Source: Acidobacteriota bacterium
GTDB lineage: Bacteria > Acidobacteriota > UBA890 > WLXD01
Length of the DNA: 64,000 nt
NCBI GenBank assembly: GCA_963666055.2
Contig: CAXWPH010000015.1
Location: 1,920,001-1,984,000 of the forward strand
Reading direction: 5' to 3'
The position numbers were made by a program, and so were the translations under genes. Shown one piece after another: positions 40,421 through 52,383 of this stretch. Within the stretch, counting starts at the first letter, position 1, and each line of letters opens with the position of its first letter. The notes under the pieces are model-generated. The model saw nothing but the letters and a program-made list of their open reading frames with translations. It was not told the DNA's origin and did no database searches.

Positions 40421-41449
40421 TCAGCGGCGGCGGCCCTTGGTGATCGGAATCACGTTGACGGCTTTCTGGAAACCGGTCCCAATACTGCGTGTTTCGACCT
40501 GGGGGTCCTCGGCCAACGTGAGGTGGACGATGCGGCGCTCATACGGGTTTAACGGGCCCGTTTGCTGCGGGGACTCCGTCTCCTTCGCCTGGTGGGCCAC
40601 CTGGTAGGCTATGTCGCGAATCTCGTCGTCACGCTGTGAGCGGAAGTCGCCGGCATCGACCCGCACACGTCGATGCGCTCGGTCGGGACGGTGTCGGAAC
40701 GCGTGGTTAAGGATCAACTCCAACGCCGATAGTCCGCGGCCGCGGCCGTCGAGTAGGTATTGATTGTCGTCGCCGGTAATGGCTATCTGCAGTGTCTCGC
40801 CGTCGAGTCTGGCCTCCGCCTCGCAATCGAACCCGAGTGTCTCAAAGATCGTGTCGAGCAGATCGGTGGCCTCGTCCGAGACATCCGTTACGCCATTCCG
40901 CGGTGCGCCCGCCTCGTCCGACTCGACGGCTGCTGCCTCCGGTTGATCCCCGGACGTAGCTCCTGGTGGCGCCTCGAGGGCCGCCGCCGCCGCGACTTCC
41001 TCGACTTCCTCGACTTCGGCAGGCGCCTCTGCTGGAGCGCTGTCCGCAACGCGGAAGAACGCCGGCAGATTACCCTCGGCAGCCGCGTCCGCGGTCGGCT
41101 CGAGATCTCCCGCTCCCGGCTCCGGCCCCTGGTCACCGGCCGTATCTGCTGGCTCCGGCGGGGCTGCGGTTGGTGCCTGATCAGCTACCACCGCGGTCTC
41201 CTGGGACTCCGTCAGCTCGGGCTCGCCACCCACCTCCGGACCCGTGCTGTCCTCTGAGCCTGCCGTTGGCGGCTCGGCGTCACGCCGCCACGCGCGCACC
41301 GAATACACCGTGTCGCCGAGGCCCCAAAAGTCGCCCGCCCTCTCGCCGATCAGTTCGTGTTCAAGCTCATCAACGGTCACTCCGAGCGCCGCAGCTGCCT
41401 GTTCCAGGGCCGCTTCCACCGACTTGTCTTCGAAGACCTGTGCACTCAT
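40421..41449 (-). CDS. jag: Jag/EloR (KhpB) RNA-binding protein
   Basis: Jag_N domain (KSVEAAL..A), long acidic linker, KH-like domain, and R3H (NPYERRIVH). Confidence 0.9.
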   Translation of the reverse strand: MSAQVFEDKSVEAALEQAAAALGVTVDELEHELIGERAGDFWGLGDTVYSVRAWRRDAEPPTAGSEDSTGPEVGGEPELTESQETAVVADQAPTAAPPEPADTAGDQGPEPGAGDLEPTADAAAEGNLPAFFRVADSAPAEAPAEVEEVEEVAAAAALEAPPGATSGDQPEAAAVESDEAGAPRNGVTDVSDEATDLLDTIFETLGFDCEAEARLDGETLQIAITGDDNQYLLDGRGRGLSALELILNHAFRHRPDRAHRRVRVDAGDFRSQRDDEIRDIAYQVAHQAKETESPQQTGPLNPYERRIVHLTLAEDPQVETRSIGTGFQKAVNVIPITKGRRR

Positions 41450-43173
41450 CGCTTGCCTCGCTGGCGTTTCTTGGCCTTGGGAAGAGCCTTTTCTGCCTCA
41501 AGCTCCGCGTCCATCTTCCGGATCACGTAGAGCTGTTGCGCAATTCCGAGAAGGTTGTTAACGAGCCAGTAGAGCACCAACCCGCTGGGCACGTAGAGGA
41601 AAAGTACGGTAAAGATCACCGGCATGAACTTGAACATGCGCGCCTGCATCGGATCGGCGCCTGGCGCCGGGGTCATGCGCTGCTGCACCAGCATGCTGCC
41701 GCCCATGAGTAGGGGTAGCACCAAATAAGGGTCGTAGTCCGACAGGTCCTGGACCCACATTACGAAGGGCGCCTGGCGGAGCTCTACCGCGACCGAGAGA
41801 AGCCGATAGAACGAGAAAAGGATTGGTAACTGCGCCAGCATCGGCAGGCACCCGCCGAAGGGCGACACGCCCTCCCGCTTGTAGAGCGCCATCACCTCCT
41901 CGTTCATCTTCTGTTTTTGCTCGAGCTCCTTGGAGCCCTTGTACTTGGCGCGAATCGCCGCCATCTGTGGTTGCAGACGTTGCATGCGCCGCATGGAAAC
42001 CATCGACTTGTGGTTCAACGGCAAGAAGACAACCCGGAGCAGTACCGTCAGCAGGATGATTGCAACGCCGTAATTACCGACGAAGGAGTGAATCCAAACG
42101 AGCAGCGCCAGCAACGGGCGCGCCAACACCCCGAGCCACCCGAAGTCAACAGCGCGGTCGATGTCATACCCCTGCTGCAGCAGATAATCGAACTTCTTCG
42201 AACCCAGATAGACCCCTGTCACCAAGCCCTCGGGTGGAATCCCAATAGCCACGCTTGCCAGCGACACCTGCGGCTCGTCGGATGGCGCCACGGCGCTCAC
42301 CCGAAGGCTGGAGATCCTCACCTCGGATGGCGGCGCGTCGAACAGGAAGGCTCCGAGGAAATAGTGGCTCTCGATTCCGGCCCACCGTACCGGCCCGAAA
42401 ACTCCGACCGCCGGCTCGGGTTCGGGCGGCGCCCAGCGTTCGATATCCTCGCCCACAAGCGCTAGTGCGCCCTCCGCGAGAAACACGTTGCGCGATCCGG
42501 CCTCGACTTCGTCAAGGCCGGCTCCCAGAGTCAAGTATGTTTCGCCTGCGCCCGGCAGCGTGGCCTCCACTCGAACTCTGAGTTGGTTGCCGGTAGCCGG
42601 AAACTCGATGCTTTTCGTCACCCCCGCGCCCCGCCCATCGGCCCAGCGGAGGCTTACCACCACTGGGTCACCCGGTCTTGACGTGCGTTCCCCGTCACCC
42701 GCGACGCCGCCGCGAACCTCAAGCTCGTACAGGGCGCTGTTCGCCGCCGCCGCGATGGTTGGGTTGCTCGGGGTCTCGATACCGAACGGCAACGCATCTG
42801 CCGCTACCGCAGCCGGGTGAATAAGCTCCAAGGGGGTGCGGGCAGTGGACTGATACTGCTTCAACACGAACCCTTGCAGCCTGCCCCCGACGTTCGTTAT
42901 CGTCGCCGTGTAGCTTTCCGCCTGGATTCGGAGGCTCTCCTGTTGCTGCGCCGCTAGCGCTACCGCCGTTTCAACGCTACCGTCCGCGGCGCGGGCCGGT
43001 ACAGTGGGCACAGCTTCCGGGGGTGTTGCAATGTTCTCGTCACCGCTAGGAGGCGCAGCCGTGGCCTCCAGCTGCGGCGGCGGCGCTTCGTCAACAGGCA
43101 CGACGAAGTAGTACTGATAGACCGCCAAGACCGCCATCGACAGCACGATGGCGAGCAGTGCCCGCGACTCCAT
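41446..43173 (-). CDS. yidC: Membrane protein insertase
   Basis: DFGW, GNYGVAIILLT, GCLPML.Q.P, WVQDLS..DP and GLVLYW motifs. Start is MESRALL or the ATG 8 codons upstream. Confidence 0.96.
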   Translation of the reverse strand: MESRALLAIVLSMAVLAVYQYYFVVPVDEAPPPQLEATAAPPSGDENIATPPEAVPTVPARAADGSVETAVALAAQQQESLRIQAESYTATITNVGGRLQGFVLKQYQSTARTPLELIHPAAVAADALPFGIETPSNPTIAAAANSALYELEVRGGVAGDGERTSRPGDPVVVSLRWADGRGAGVTKSIEFPATGNQLRVRVEATLPGAGETYLTLGAGLDEVEAGSRNVFLAEGALALVGEDIERWAPPEPEPAVGVFGPVRWAGIESHYFLGAFLFDAPPSEVRISSLRVSAVAPSDEPQVSLASVAIGIPPEGLVTGVYLGSKKFDYLLQQGYDIDRAVDFGWLGVLARPLLALLVWIHSFVGNYGVAIILLTVLLRVVFLPLNHKSMVSMRRMQRLQPQMAAIRAKYKGSKELEQKQKMNEEVMALYKREGVSPFGGCLPMLAQLPILFSFYRLLSVAVELRQAPFVMWVQDLSDYDPYLVLPLLMGGSMLVQQRMTPAPGADPMQARMFKFMPVIFTVLFLYVPSGLVLYWLVNNLLGIAQQLYVIRKMDAELEAEKALPKAKKRQRGKR

Positions 43174-43189
43174 CCTGGGTTCTTGGTCG

Positions 43190-43414
43190 CTATTCATGCG
43201 CCATCGGTACTGGGTCGTGACCACCTTGGCTGAACGGGTGGCACCGGAGGATCCGACGCGTCGCCAACCACGCACCACGCAAAGCACCGTGTTGGGCAAT
43301 ACTCTGTCGCGCGTATTCCGAGCAACTCGGATCGAACCGGCAGTGGCCACCTAGAAGCGGTGACAGCACCACCTGGTAGACGCGAAGGAGGAAGACGAGC
43401 AGGCGCGCCATCAT
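43190..43414 (-). CDS. yidD: Membrane protein insertion efficiency factor
   Basis: YQ...SP, CRF.PSCS.Y and RCHPF..GG.DPVP motifs. Confidence 0.95.
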   Translation of the reverse strand: MMARLLVFLLRVYQVVLSPLLGGHCRFDPSCSEYARQSIAQHGALRGAWLATRRILRCHPFSQGGHDPVPMAHE

Positions 43415-43764
43415 GCTACCTGGCCAGTGGCCCGGGCGGCGAGCGCTAACAAGCTCGGAAGCAGGTCTATCGGGCGCCCCTGGAGTGTGCCTGGCCGCGC
43501 CACAACGACATAGTCATAGCCCGCGGCGAATCCATCCCACCGGCTCCTGAACGCCTCCCGCACCAGACGCCGGGCACGATTACGTACCACGGCGTTGCCA
43601 AGCCGCCGCGTCGCAGTAATACCGAGCCGCGGGTACTCCAGTCCGTTGGGGCGCGTGAACATTACGAAGCTCGGCGCAACCTGTTTGGTGCCCTCTGCGT
43701 ACACGCACTCAAACTCCGCGCGTTTGCGCAGGCGGTGGTTTCGCGGGAACCCTTCCGGTCTCAC
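43411..43764 (-). CDS. rnpA: Ribonuclease P protein component
   Basis: RLRKRAEF and RLG...[15 protein letters not shown] motifs. GTG start. Confidence 0.94.
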   Translation of the reverse strand: MRPEGFPRNHRLRKRAEFECVYAEGTKQVAPSFVMFTRPNGLEYPRLGITATRRLGNAVVRNRARRLVREAFRSRWDGFAAGYDYVVVARPGTLQGRPIDLLPSLLALAARATGQVA

Positions 43765-43795
43765 AGCGCGGGATCGGTGGCTTCGCGAGTTCAGA

Positions 43796-43933
43796 TCAAG
43801 ACGGCGCCAGCCGCTTGCGGCCTTTGCGGCGACGACGACGGAGCACGGCGCGTCCGGAGCGCGTGCGCATCCGGAGCCTGAAACCATGCACTTTCCGCCT
43901 GCGACGGCGATTTGGCTGGAACGTGCGCTTCAT
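43796..43933 (-). CDS. rpmH: 50S ribosomal protein L34
   Basis: [22 protein letters not shown]...GRKRL. Confidence 0.97.
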   Translation of the reverse strand: MKRTFQPNRRRRRKVHGFRLRMRTRSGRAVLRRRRRKGRKRLAPS

Positions 43934-44269
43934 GGAAATTGTAGGGGTTGCTCGCCGTGCACGCCCCGCGTCAACGCGGAAAACACCCGTCCGGCGAAGG
44001 CACCTTAGGGGGCGTTCGACAGGTGGCCCCCTGTTGCGTACGAAGGAAGCGACATTATCGGCTCCGCAAGGAGCCGTCAACACCGCGGCGCCGACTGCAC
44101 CTGCTGTCACGCCCCTTCTTCGGCTCGTTGTCAGCCTCTATGAGCCATTGTACAGCGTGACTTTTTCTGTGCTATATTGCCGAATCTTGCGGCGCGGACT
44201 TCTGCTTCCCTGGCCTACGCGCGCGAGGTCTTGTAGCGTAAGTGTCCCTAACCGCTACGTTTTTAGGTT

Positions 44270-44301
44270 TTTTTCACAGGTGTGGATAAGTCTGTGGAAA
44301 T
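44270..44301. promoter_or_regulatory. DnaA-box cluster upstream of dnaA
   Basis: TTTTTCACA (44270), a perfect TGTGGATAA (44281), and TGTGGAAAT (44293). Confidence 0.85.
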
Positions 44302-44367
44302 CCGCGGGGTGGGCAGCGCCGCCGTCCACCGGCCGCGACACCGGTGCCTGGCGGTCTCGAGGGCGGG

Positions 44368-45717
44368 ATGGACACCTGGGCGCGAATCCTCTCGCGTATT
44401 GAGAACAAGCTCGACCCGCACACTTTCGAGACTTGGTTTCGGCCCACCGCTCTCCTCCGGGAACAGGACGGCGGCCTGGATGTTGCGGTCCCGAACGAAG
44501 TCTTTCGCGACTGGCTTACGCAGAAGTACGCGCCGTTGATCCGTGAGTCTCTAGAAGAGTTCCCGGGTGCGCCAACTGACATCCGCTTCTTCGTCGCCGG
44601 TTTAGACCATGGTTCCGGCGCCTACGCTGCGCCCACGGATGCACCCGCGACAGAACCGGCTTCGGTGCACGATCCTGTTTCTGTGCCGGAACGGCCGGCG
44701 ACTTTGAACCCCAAGTACACCTTCGAGTCCTTCGTTGTCGGGGCCTCGAACCAGTTCGCCAACGCCGCGGCGCGCGCCGTCGCCGAGCGGCCCTCGCTCT
44801 CTTACAACCCCTTGTTTATCTACGGCGGCGTCGGCCTGGGCAAGACACACCTCATGCTCGCCATTGGCCATTACATTCGCCGCACGCAACCAGACCTTCG
44901 GATCGTTTATCTCTCCTCCGAACGCTTCATGAACGAGTTGATCAACTCGATTCGGTACCACCGCACGCACGAGTTTCGTGTCCGGTATCGAAATATCGAC
45001 GTCTTGCTCATGGACGACATCCAATTCTTAGCAGGAAAAGAGCGCACCCAGGAAGAGTTCTTCCACACGTTTAACGCACTTCACGAAGAACAGCGTCAGA
45101 TCGTCGTTACAAGCGACGCCCCACCAAAGGAGATTCCGACGCTCGAGGAACGGCTGCGATCACGATTTGAATGGGGCCTCCTAGCCGATATCCAACCTCC
45201 GGACCTCGAGACCAAGATCGCTATTCTGAAGAAGAAAGCGGAAGCCGAGGCTCCGGCGCCGCTGCTGACCGATGATGTTTTGCTCTACGTGGCAACGCAT
45301 AGCAAATCGAATATTCGCGAGCTCGAGGGCGCCCTGATCCGGCTTCTGGCTTTCGAATCCTTGACCGGTGACCAAATCACCGTCGAACTAGCACGGCGCG
45401 TGTTGAAGGACACGCTCAAGACGGAACCGCGGGCCGTCACAATTGAGAGTATTCAGCAGCGGGTCTCGGAGTACTACGGCCTCCGGGCTGGGGAGCTAAA
45501 CTCGCGAAGTAATGCCCGCCGGATAACTCGACCACGCCAGGTGGCGATGTACCTCGCGAAGAAACTGACGCACCACTCCTATCCCGAGATTGGAAATGCA
45601 TTCGGCGGAAAGCATCACAGCACCGTCATTCACTCCGTCCGCAAAGTTCAGAAAGACATGGCGAGTGACGAAGAGCTTGAGGGTAGGGTTGCAGGTCTCC
45701 TGGATTCGTTTCTATAG
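44368..45717 (+). CDS. dnaA: Chromosomal replication initiator
   Basis: LNPKYTF, YNPLFIYGGVGLGKTHL, DDIQFL, NIRELEG and HSTVIH motifs. Confidence 0.98.
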   Translation: MDTWARILSRIENKLDPHTFETWFRPTALLREQDGGLDVAVPNEVFRDWLTQKYAPLIRESLEEFPGAPTDIRFFVAGLDHGSGAYAAPTDAPATEPASVHDPVSVPERPATLNPKYTFESFVVGASNQFANAAARAVAERPSLSYNPLFIYGGVGLGKTHLMLAIGHYIRRTQPDLRIVYLSSERFMNELINSIRYHRTHEFRVRYRNIDVLLMDDIQFLAGKERTQEEFFHTFNALHEEQRQIVVTSDAPPKEIPTLEERLRSRFEWGLLADIQPPDLETKIAILKKKAEAEAPAPLLTDDVLLYVATHSKSNIRELEGALIRLLAFESLTGDQITVELARRVLKDTLKTEPRAVTIESIQQRVSEYYGLRAGELNSRSNARRITRPRQVAMYLAKKLTHHSYPEIGNAFGGKHHSTVIHSVRKVQKDMASDEELEGRVAGLLDSFL

Positions 45718-45937
45718 GGCCCTGGGTGAAACAGCTGATATCCGGAGGGCACTGTTTACGTTCAGTGGACCCAGGGTTCACCGGAGTTAACCGCGCGAGC
45801 AAAACCTTTTGTCCGCAGACGAATAGACAGGTCAAGGCCCTGTATACAAAGACCGTTCGAGTGGTTTCAACAGGATAAACAGGGCCTACTACTAATACGA
45901 GATTTAGTCGTAGTAGTACTACTAGGAGAAACAACGA
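45718..45937. other. oriC unwinding region (degenerate DnaA boxes, GC motif, DnaA-trios)
   Basis: GTTTCAACA-GGATAAACA-GGGCC-TACTACTAATAC mirrors the B. subtilis basal unwinding system. Further box-like TTGTCCGCA (45809) and TGTATACAA (45841). Gene orientation switches near here. Confidence 0.85.
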
Positions 45938-47044
45938 ATGAACTTCACTGTCCAGAGGGACGCACTCGTTAGTGAGCTGCAGATCCTCCAGGGCATCGCC
46001 GAGAAACGGAAGACGATCCCGATCCTGTCCCACATACTGATCTCGGCTGAGCCTGACCATCTATCGCTTGTCGCCACAGATCTAGAGGTCAGTCTAAGTA
46101 CGCATTGCGACGCCATTACGACTGACCCGGGTGGCACGACGGTAAGCTCCAAGAAGCTCTTCGAAGTCGTTAAATCCCTTCCGGCGGGCGAGATACAGAT
46201 GAGCTCAAGCGCCGGAGAGTGGCTTGAGATTCGAGCCGGAGAAGCGTACTTCCGACTGGTTTCCCTGCCGACTACCGATTTCCCTGAGGTTCCAGCCTGT
46301 AATTTCGATGCCGCCACAGAGATACCGCACGCGCTCTTTCGCGAAATGATCCGGCGTACGTTGTTCGCAGTGACCAAAGAGGACGTTCGATACTCGTTGA
46401 ACGGGGCTCTCCTGGAGATCGGTGGAGGCAAGGTGCGCATGGTCGCCACGGATGCGCACCGGCTCGCCATGGTCGAGCACGACGACGCCGAGCTCGGAAC
46501 ACAGACGCAAGTCAGGGCGATTATCCCGAAAAAGGCGCTGGCGGAGATACGCGATCTCGGTGAACCAGAGACCATGCTCTTTGCACAGGACGAGCACCAT
46601 CTCCACTTCAAGATAGAACACCGTGTTCTTTCAACGCGTGTGATAGAGGGGCAATTTCCTGCTTACGAGAAGGTTGTCCCGCGCGACAACCCGGCTACTG
46701 TTCGCTTCTCTAGCGATGCCATGGCAGAGGCGATTCGCCGTGTGAGCTTGCTGGCGTCGGAACGCTCGCGCGCAGTGAAGTTCACTTTTACCCCCCGCAC
46801 CGCAACGATCGTCTCGAGCAACCCGGAAATGGGAGAAGCCCGTGAGTCGGTGCCCGTCCAATATGAGGGGGAAGAGCTGACCGTGAGCTTCAACGCGCAG
46901 TACATCCTCGACTTTCTGGCGGTGGCGGCAAGCGATGAGGTAGAGGCGTATCTCCGCGACGATTCAAGCCAAGGATTGATGTCTCCGGTACCCCTCGAGG
47001 ACGGCCTGACGTACCAGTACGTAATTATGCCTATGCGGCTGTAG
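45938..47044 (+). CDS. dnaN: DNA polymerase III beta clamp
   Basis: PILS.IL, ATDLE, VATD.HRL, G.FP.Y..V.P and YVIMPMRL motifs. RBS AGGAG. Confidence 0.97.
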   Translation: MNFTVQRDALVSELQILQGIAEKRKTIPILSHILISAEPDHLSLVATDLEVSLSTHCDAITTDPGGTTVSSKKLFEVVKSLPAGEIQMSSSAGEWLEIRAGEAYFRLVSLPTTDFPEVPACNFDAATEIPHALFREMIRRTLFAVTKEDVRYSLNGALLEIGGGKVRMVATDAHRLAMVEHDDAELGTQTQVRAIIPKKALAEIRDLGEPETMLFAQDEHHLHFKIEHRVLSTRVIEGQFPAYEKVVPRDNPATVRFSSDAMAEAIRRVSLLASERSRAVKFTFTPRTATIVSSNPEMGEARESVPVQYEGEELTVSFNAQYILDFLAVAASDEVEAYLRDDSSQGLMSPVPLEDGLTYQYVIMPMRL

Positions 47045-47050
47045 GGCTAC

Positions 47051-47081
47051 CTGTAAGCATCTCTATTAAAAGAACTTACAG
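47051..47081. promoter_or_regulatory. AT-rich inverted repeat CTGTAAG-N17-CTTACAG (TAA-N19-TTA core)
   Basis: Lies directly after the dnaN stop and has the same TAA-to-TTA spacing as 37438-37462. Confidence 0.45.
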
Positions 47082-47127
47082 AATATCATGCGCGGGTGTG
47101 CGGCTATGCAGCGAGGTCGCGAAAGGG

Positions 47128-47133
47128 TATAAT
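47128..47133 (+). promoter_or_regulatory. Probable sigma70 -10 element of the gyrBA promoter
   Basis: Perfect TATAAT in the dnaN-gyrB gap; the -35 element is weak. Confidence 0.5.
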
Positions 47134-47352
47134 TCTACGGTGCCGAGTGAAACGCAGCGTGGGCCCGGAAAACGCAGCCGTCTCGATTCGCGAAGATAGC
47201 TGCCGGGGCGAAAACCGAGCGCGTACAGCAGGTGGGGCCCGGCCCGAAAACGAGGCCTGTAGAGCGCTAGCGCGGCCACTACGGATCGAAGACAAGGCGG
47301 CGCTTCGTGTGCCAGCAGAGAGCCTTGCGGTCCACATTCTAAAGGGCGCTAA

Positions 47353-49788
<2,436 letters not shown>

Positions 49789-49842
49789 GTGATCACGGCG
49801 AGGCCATAGGCTGCCGCGACTCGACAGCGGACCCCCGGAGTC

Positions 49843-52323
49843 ATGATGGATGTAATCGAGCACAAGATGCCGGTCTCGGTTGAAGACGAGGTGCGGCGGT
49901 CGTATCTCGACTACGCCATGAGCGTCATCGTGGGCCGCGCGCTGCCCGACATCCGCGACGGGCTCAAGCCGGTGCATCGTCGCGTGCTCTTCGCCATGCA
50001 ACAGCTCAACAACGGCTGGAACCAGGCGCACAAGAAGAGCGCACGGATCGTCGGCGATGTCATCGGCAAGTATCACCCGCACGGCGACCAGGCGGTGTAC
50101 GACACCATCGTCCGTATGGCGCAGGACTTCTCCATGCGCCACGTCCTCGTCGACGGCCAGGGGAACTTCGGCTCGCTCGACGGAGACCCGCCGGCGGCAA
50201 TGCGGTACACCGAGGTTCGCATGTCCCGTTTGGCGGGGGAGTTGCTCGCTGATATCGATAAGGAGACGGTTGATTTCGTCGCCAACTACGACGATTCGCT
50301 CGAAGAGCCAACAGTCTTGCCAGCAAAGTTTCCGGCGCTGCTGGTGAACGGCTCTTCAGGCATCGCGGTGGGGATGGCGACCAACATCCCGCCACACAAC
50401 CTCAACGAGATCGTCGATGCGACCGTGGCGCTGATCAACGATCCAGAGATAACCGTCTCGGCGCTGATGCAGCACGTCAAGGGCCCCGACTTTCCTACCG
50501 CCGGGATCATCTACGGCGCCAGCGGCATCGTCGATGCGTATCGGAGCGGGCGCGGCATCATCCGAGTCAGGGCACGCGCTGATATCGAGCGGCCCACATC
50601 GAACCGCGAGCGCGATCGCATCGTGATCACCGAGGTGCCCTATCAGGTCAATAAGGCGCGCCTTATCGAGCAGATTGCCGGGTTGGTGAAGAACAAGAAG
50701 CTCGACGGCATCGCGGACCTGCGCGACGAGAGCAGCCGTGAAGGGGTGCGAGTCGTCATCGAGCTCAGGAGGGGAGAGGAACCCGACGTCATTCTGAACA
50801 ACCTGTATAGCCAGACGGCGATGACGAGCACATTCGGCATCATCTTGTTGGCGATTCGCGATGGCGCGCCGGTGGTGCTGACCCTCAAGGAGATACTCGG
50901 GGCGTTCGTTAGCTATCGTCGCGAGGTCATCACCCGCCGCACGCTCTTCGATCTCAAGCGTGCCGAGGCTCGGGCACACATTCTAGAAGGCCTCAAGATC
51001 GCCCTGGACCATCTCGATGACCTCATCGCGCTGATCCGGGGGTCGAAGAACGCCGAAGTCGCCCGTGCGGCGATGGTCAAACGGTTCTCGATGTCCGAGA
51101 CTCAGGCGCAGGCGGTGCTGGACATGCGCCTGCAGCGGCTGACGGGTCTCGAGCGGCAGAAGATCCTCGACGACCTGAAGACAACCCTCGAGCTCATCGA
51201 GAGCCTCGAGGACATCCTGGCCTCGGAGCGCAAGGTTCTCGACCTCATCGTCGACGAGCTCCAGGAGATCAAAGCATCGTACGGTGATGCTCGACGCACA
51301 GAGATCGTAAATGACGCACGCGATTTCACCGTCGAGGACTTGATCGCCGAAGAGGACATGGTGGTGACATGCAGTCACGCTGGCTACGTGAAGCGCACGC
51401 CTCTCAGCCTGTATCGTCAGCAACGTCGCGGCGGAAAAGGACGCATCGGCGCAGTGACCAAAGAGGGCGACTTCGTCGAGCACCTTTTCGTGGCGTCGAC
51501 GCACGCCTATGTCATGGTGTTCACAGAGTTCGGAATGGCGTACTGGCTGAAGGTCTATAACTTGCCGCAAGGCGGGCCGGCGACGCGCGGCAAGGCGATC
51601 ATCAACCTACTGCCGCGCCTCGACAAAGGCGATTCTGTAGCCGCGATCCTGCCGGTGGCCGAGTTCGTGGAGGGCAAACATATCCTTTTCTCGACCGAGC
51701 AGGGGTTGGTGAAGAAGACTAAGCTAACCGCCTTCTCGCATCCCAAAGTGAACGGCATCATCGCCATAAAGATTCAGGAGGGCGACCGCCTTCTCGCCGC
51801 CAAGATCACCGACGGCGATCAAGACATCATCATCGGCACCTATCTCGGCAAGGCCATACGCTTTTCTGAGAGCGATGCGCGGCCCATGGGTCGAAGCACC
51901 ATGGGGGTGAAGGGAATCCGGCTATCGGAGGGCGACATCGTCGTCGGCGCGGACACCGTGCGTGACAACTACGGCACGATCCTCTCGGTTACGGAGAACG
52001 GCTTCGGCAAGCGCACGCCGGTGAGCCAGTATCGCCGCCAGCGGCGCGGCGGGATGGGCCTGATCGATATCAAGACGTCACCACGTAACGGTCCGGTGGT
52101 CGGTCAACGAGTTGTCAGCGGCGAAGATGACGTCATGCTGATAAGCCAGAGCGGCAAGCTCATCCGGATCCCCACGGCCGGCGTCAAAGAGCAAGGCCGC
52201 AACACCCAGGGCGTCAAGGTTATCGACCTTGGGGATGATGATCGTGTCGTTGCGGTGGCGCGGCTGGCGGAAACTGAGGCCCCCTCCGACGCGGCATCCG
52301 AGGGCCCCATCGACGACGACTAG
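49843..52323 (+). CDS. gyrA: DNA gyrase subunit A
   Basis: [15 protein letters not shown], and the GyrA-box QRRGGKG. Confidence 0.98.
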   Translation: MMDVIEHKMPVSVEDEVRRSYLDYAMSVIVGRALPDIRDGLKPVHRRVLFAMQQLNNGWNQAHKKSARIVGDVIGKYHPHGDQAVYDTIVRMAQDFSMRHVLVDGQGNFGSLDGDPPAAMRYTEVRMSRLAGELLADIDKETVDFVANYDDSLEEPTVLPAKFPALLVNGSSGIAVGMATNIPPHNLNEIVDATVALINDPEITVSALMQHVKGPDFPTAGIIYGASGIVDAYRSGRGIIRVRARADIERPTSNRERDRIVITEVPYQVNKARLIEQIAGLVKNKKLDGIADLRDESSREGVRVVIELRRGEEPDVILNNLYSQTAMTSTFGIILLAIRDGAPVVLTLKEILGAFVSYRREVITRRTLFDLKRAEARAHILEGLKIALDHLDDLIALIRGSKNAEVARAAMVKRFSMSETQAQAVLDMRLQRLTGLERQKILDDLKTTLELIESLEDILASERKVLDLIVDELQEIKASYGDARRTEIVNDARDFTVEDLIAEEDMVVTCSHAGYVKRTPLSLYRQQRRGGKGRIGAVTKEGDFVEHLFVASTHAYVMVFTEFGMAYWLKVYNLPQGGPATRGKAIINLLPRLDKGDSVAAILPVAEFVEGKHILFSTEQGLVKKTKLTAFSHPKVNGIIAIKIQEGDRLLAAKITDGDQDIIIGTYLGKAIRFSESDARPMGRSTMGVKGIRLSEGDIVVGADTVRDNYGTILSVTENGFGKRTPVSQYRRQRRGGMGLIDIKTSPRNGPVVGQRVVSGEDDVMLISQSGKLIRIPTAGVKEQGRNTQGVKVIDLGDDDRVVAVARLAETEAPSDAASEGPIDDD

Positions 52324-52348
52324 CCGAGTGCCGGCGCTCGGTGCTTTG
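52324..52348 (+). terminator. Possible terminator hairpin between convergent gyrA and pcrA
   Basis: CCGAGTG-CCGG-CGCTCGG stem followed by a weak T tract. Confidence 0.3.
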
Positions 52349-52383
52349 CTCAGGCGCGCAAACTCAACCGACCGCCCGGACGG

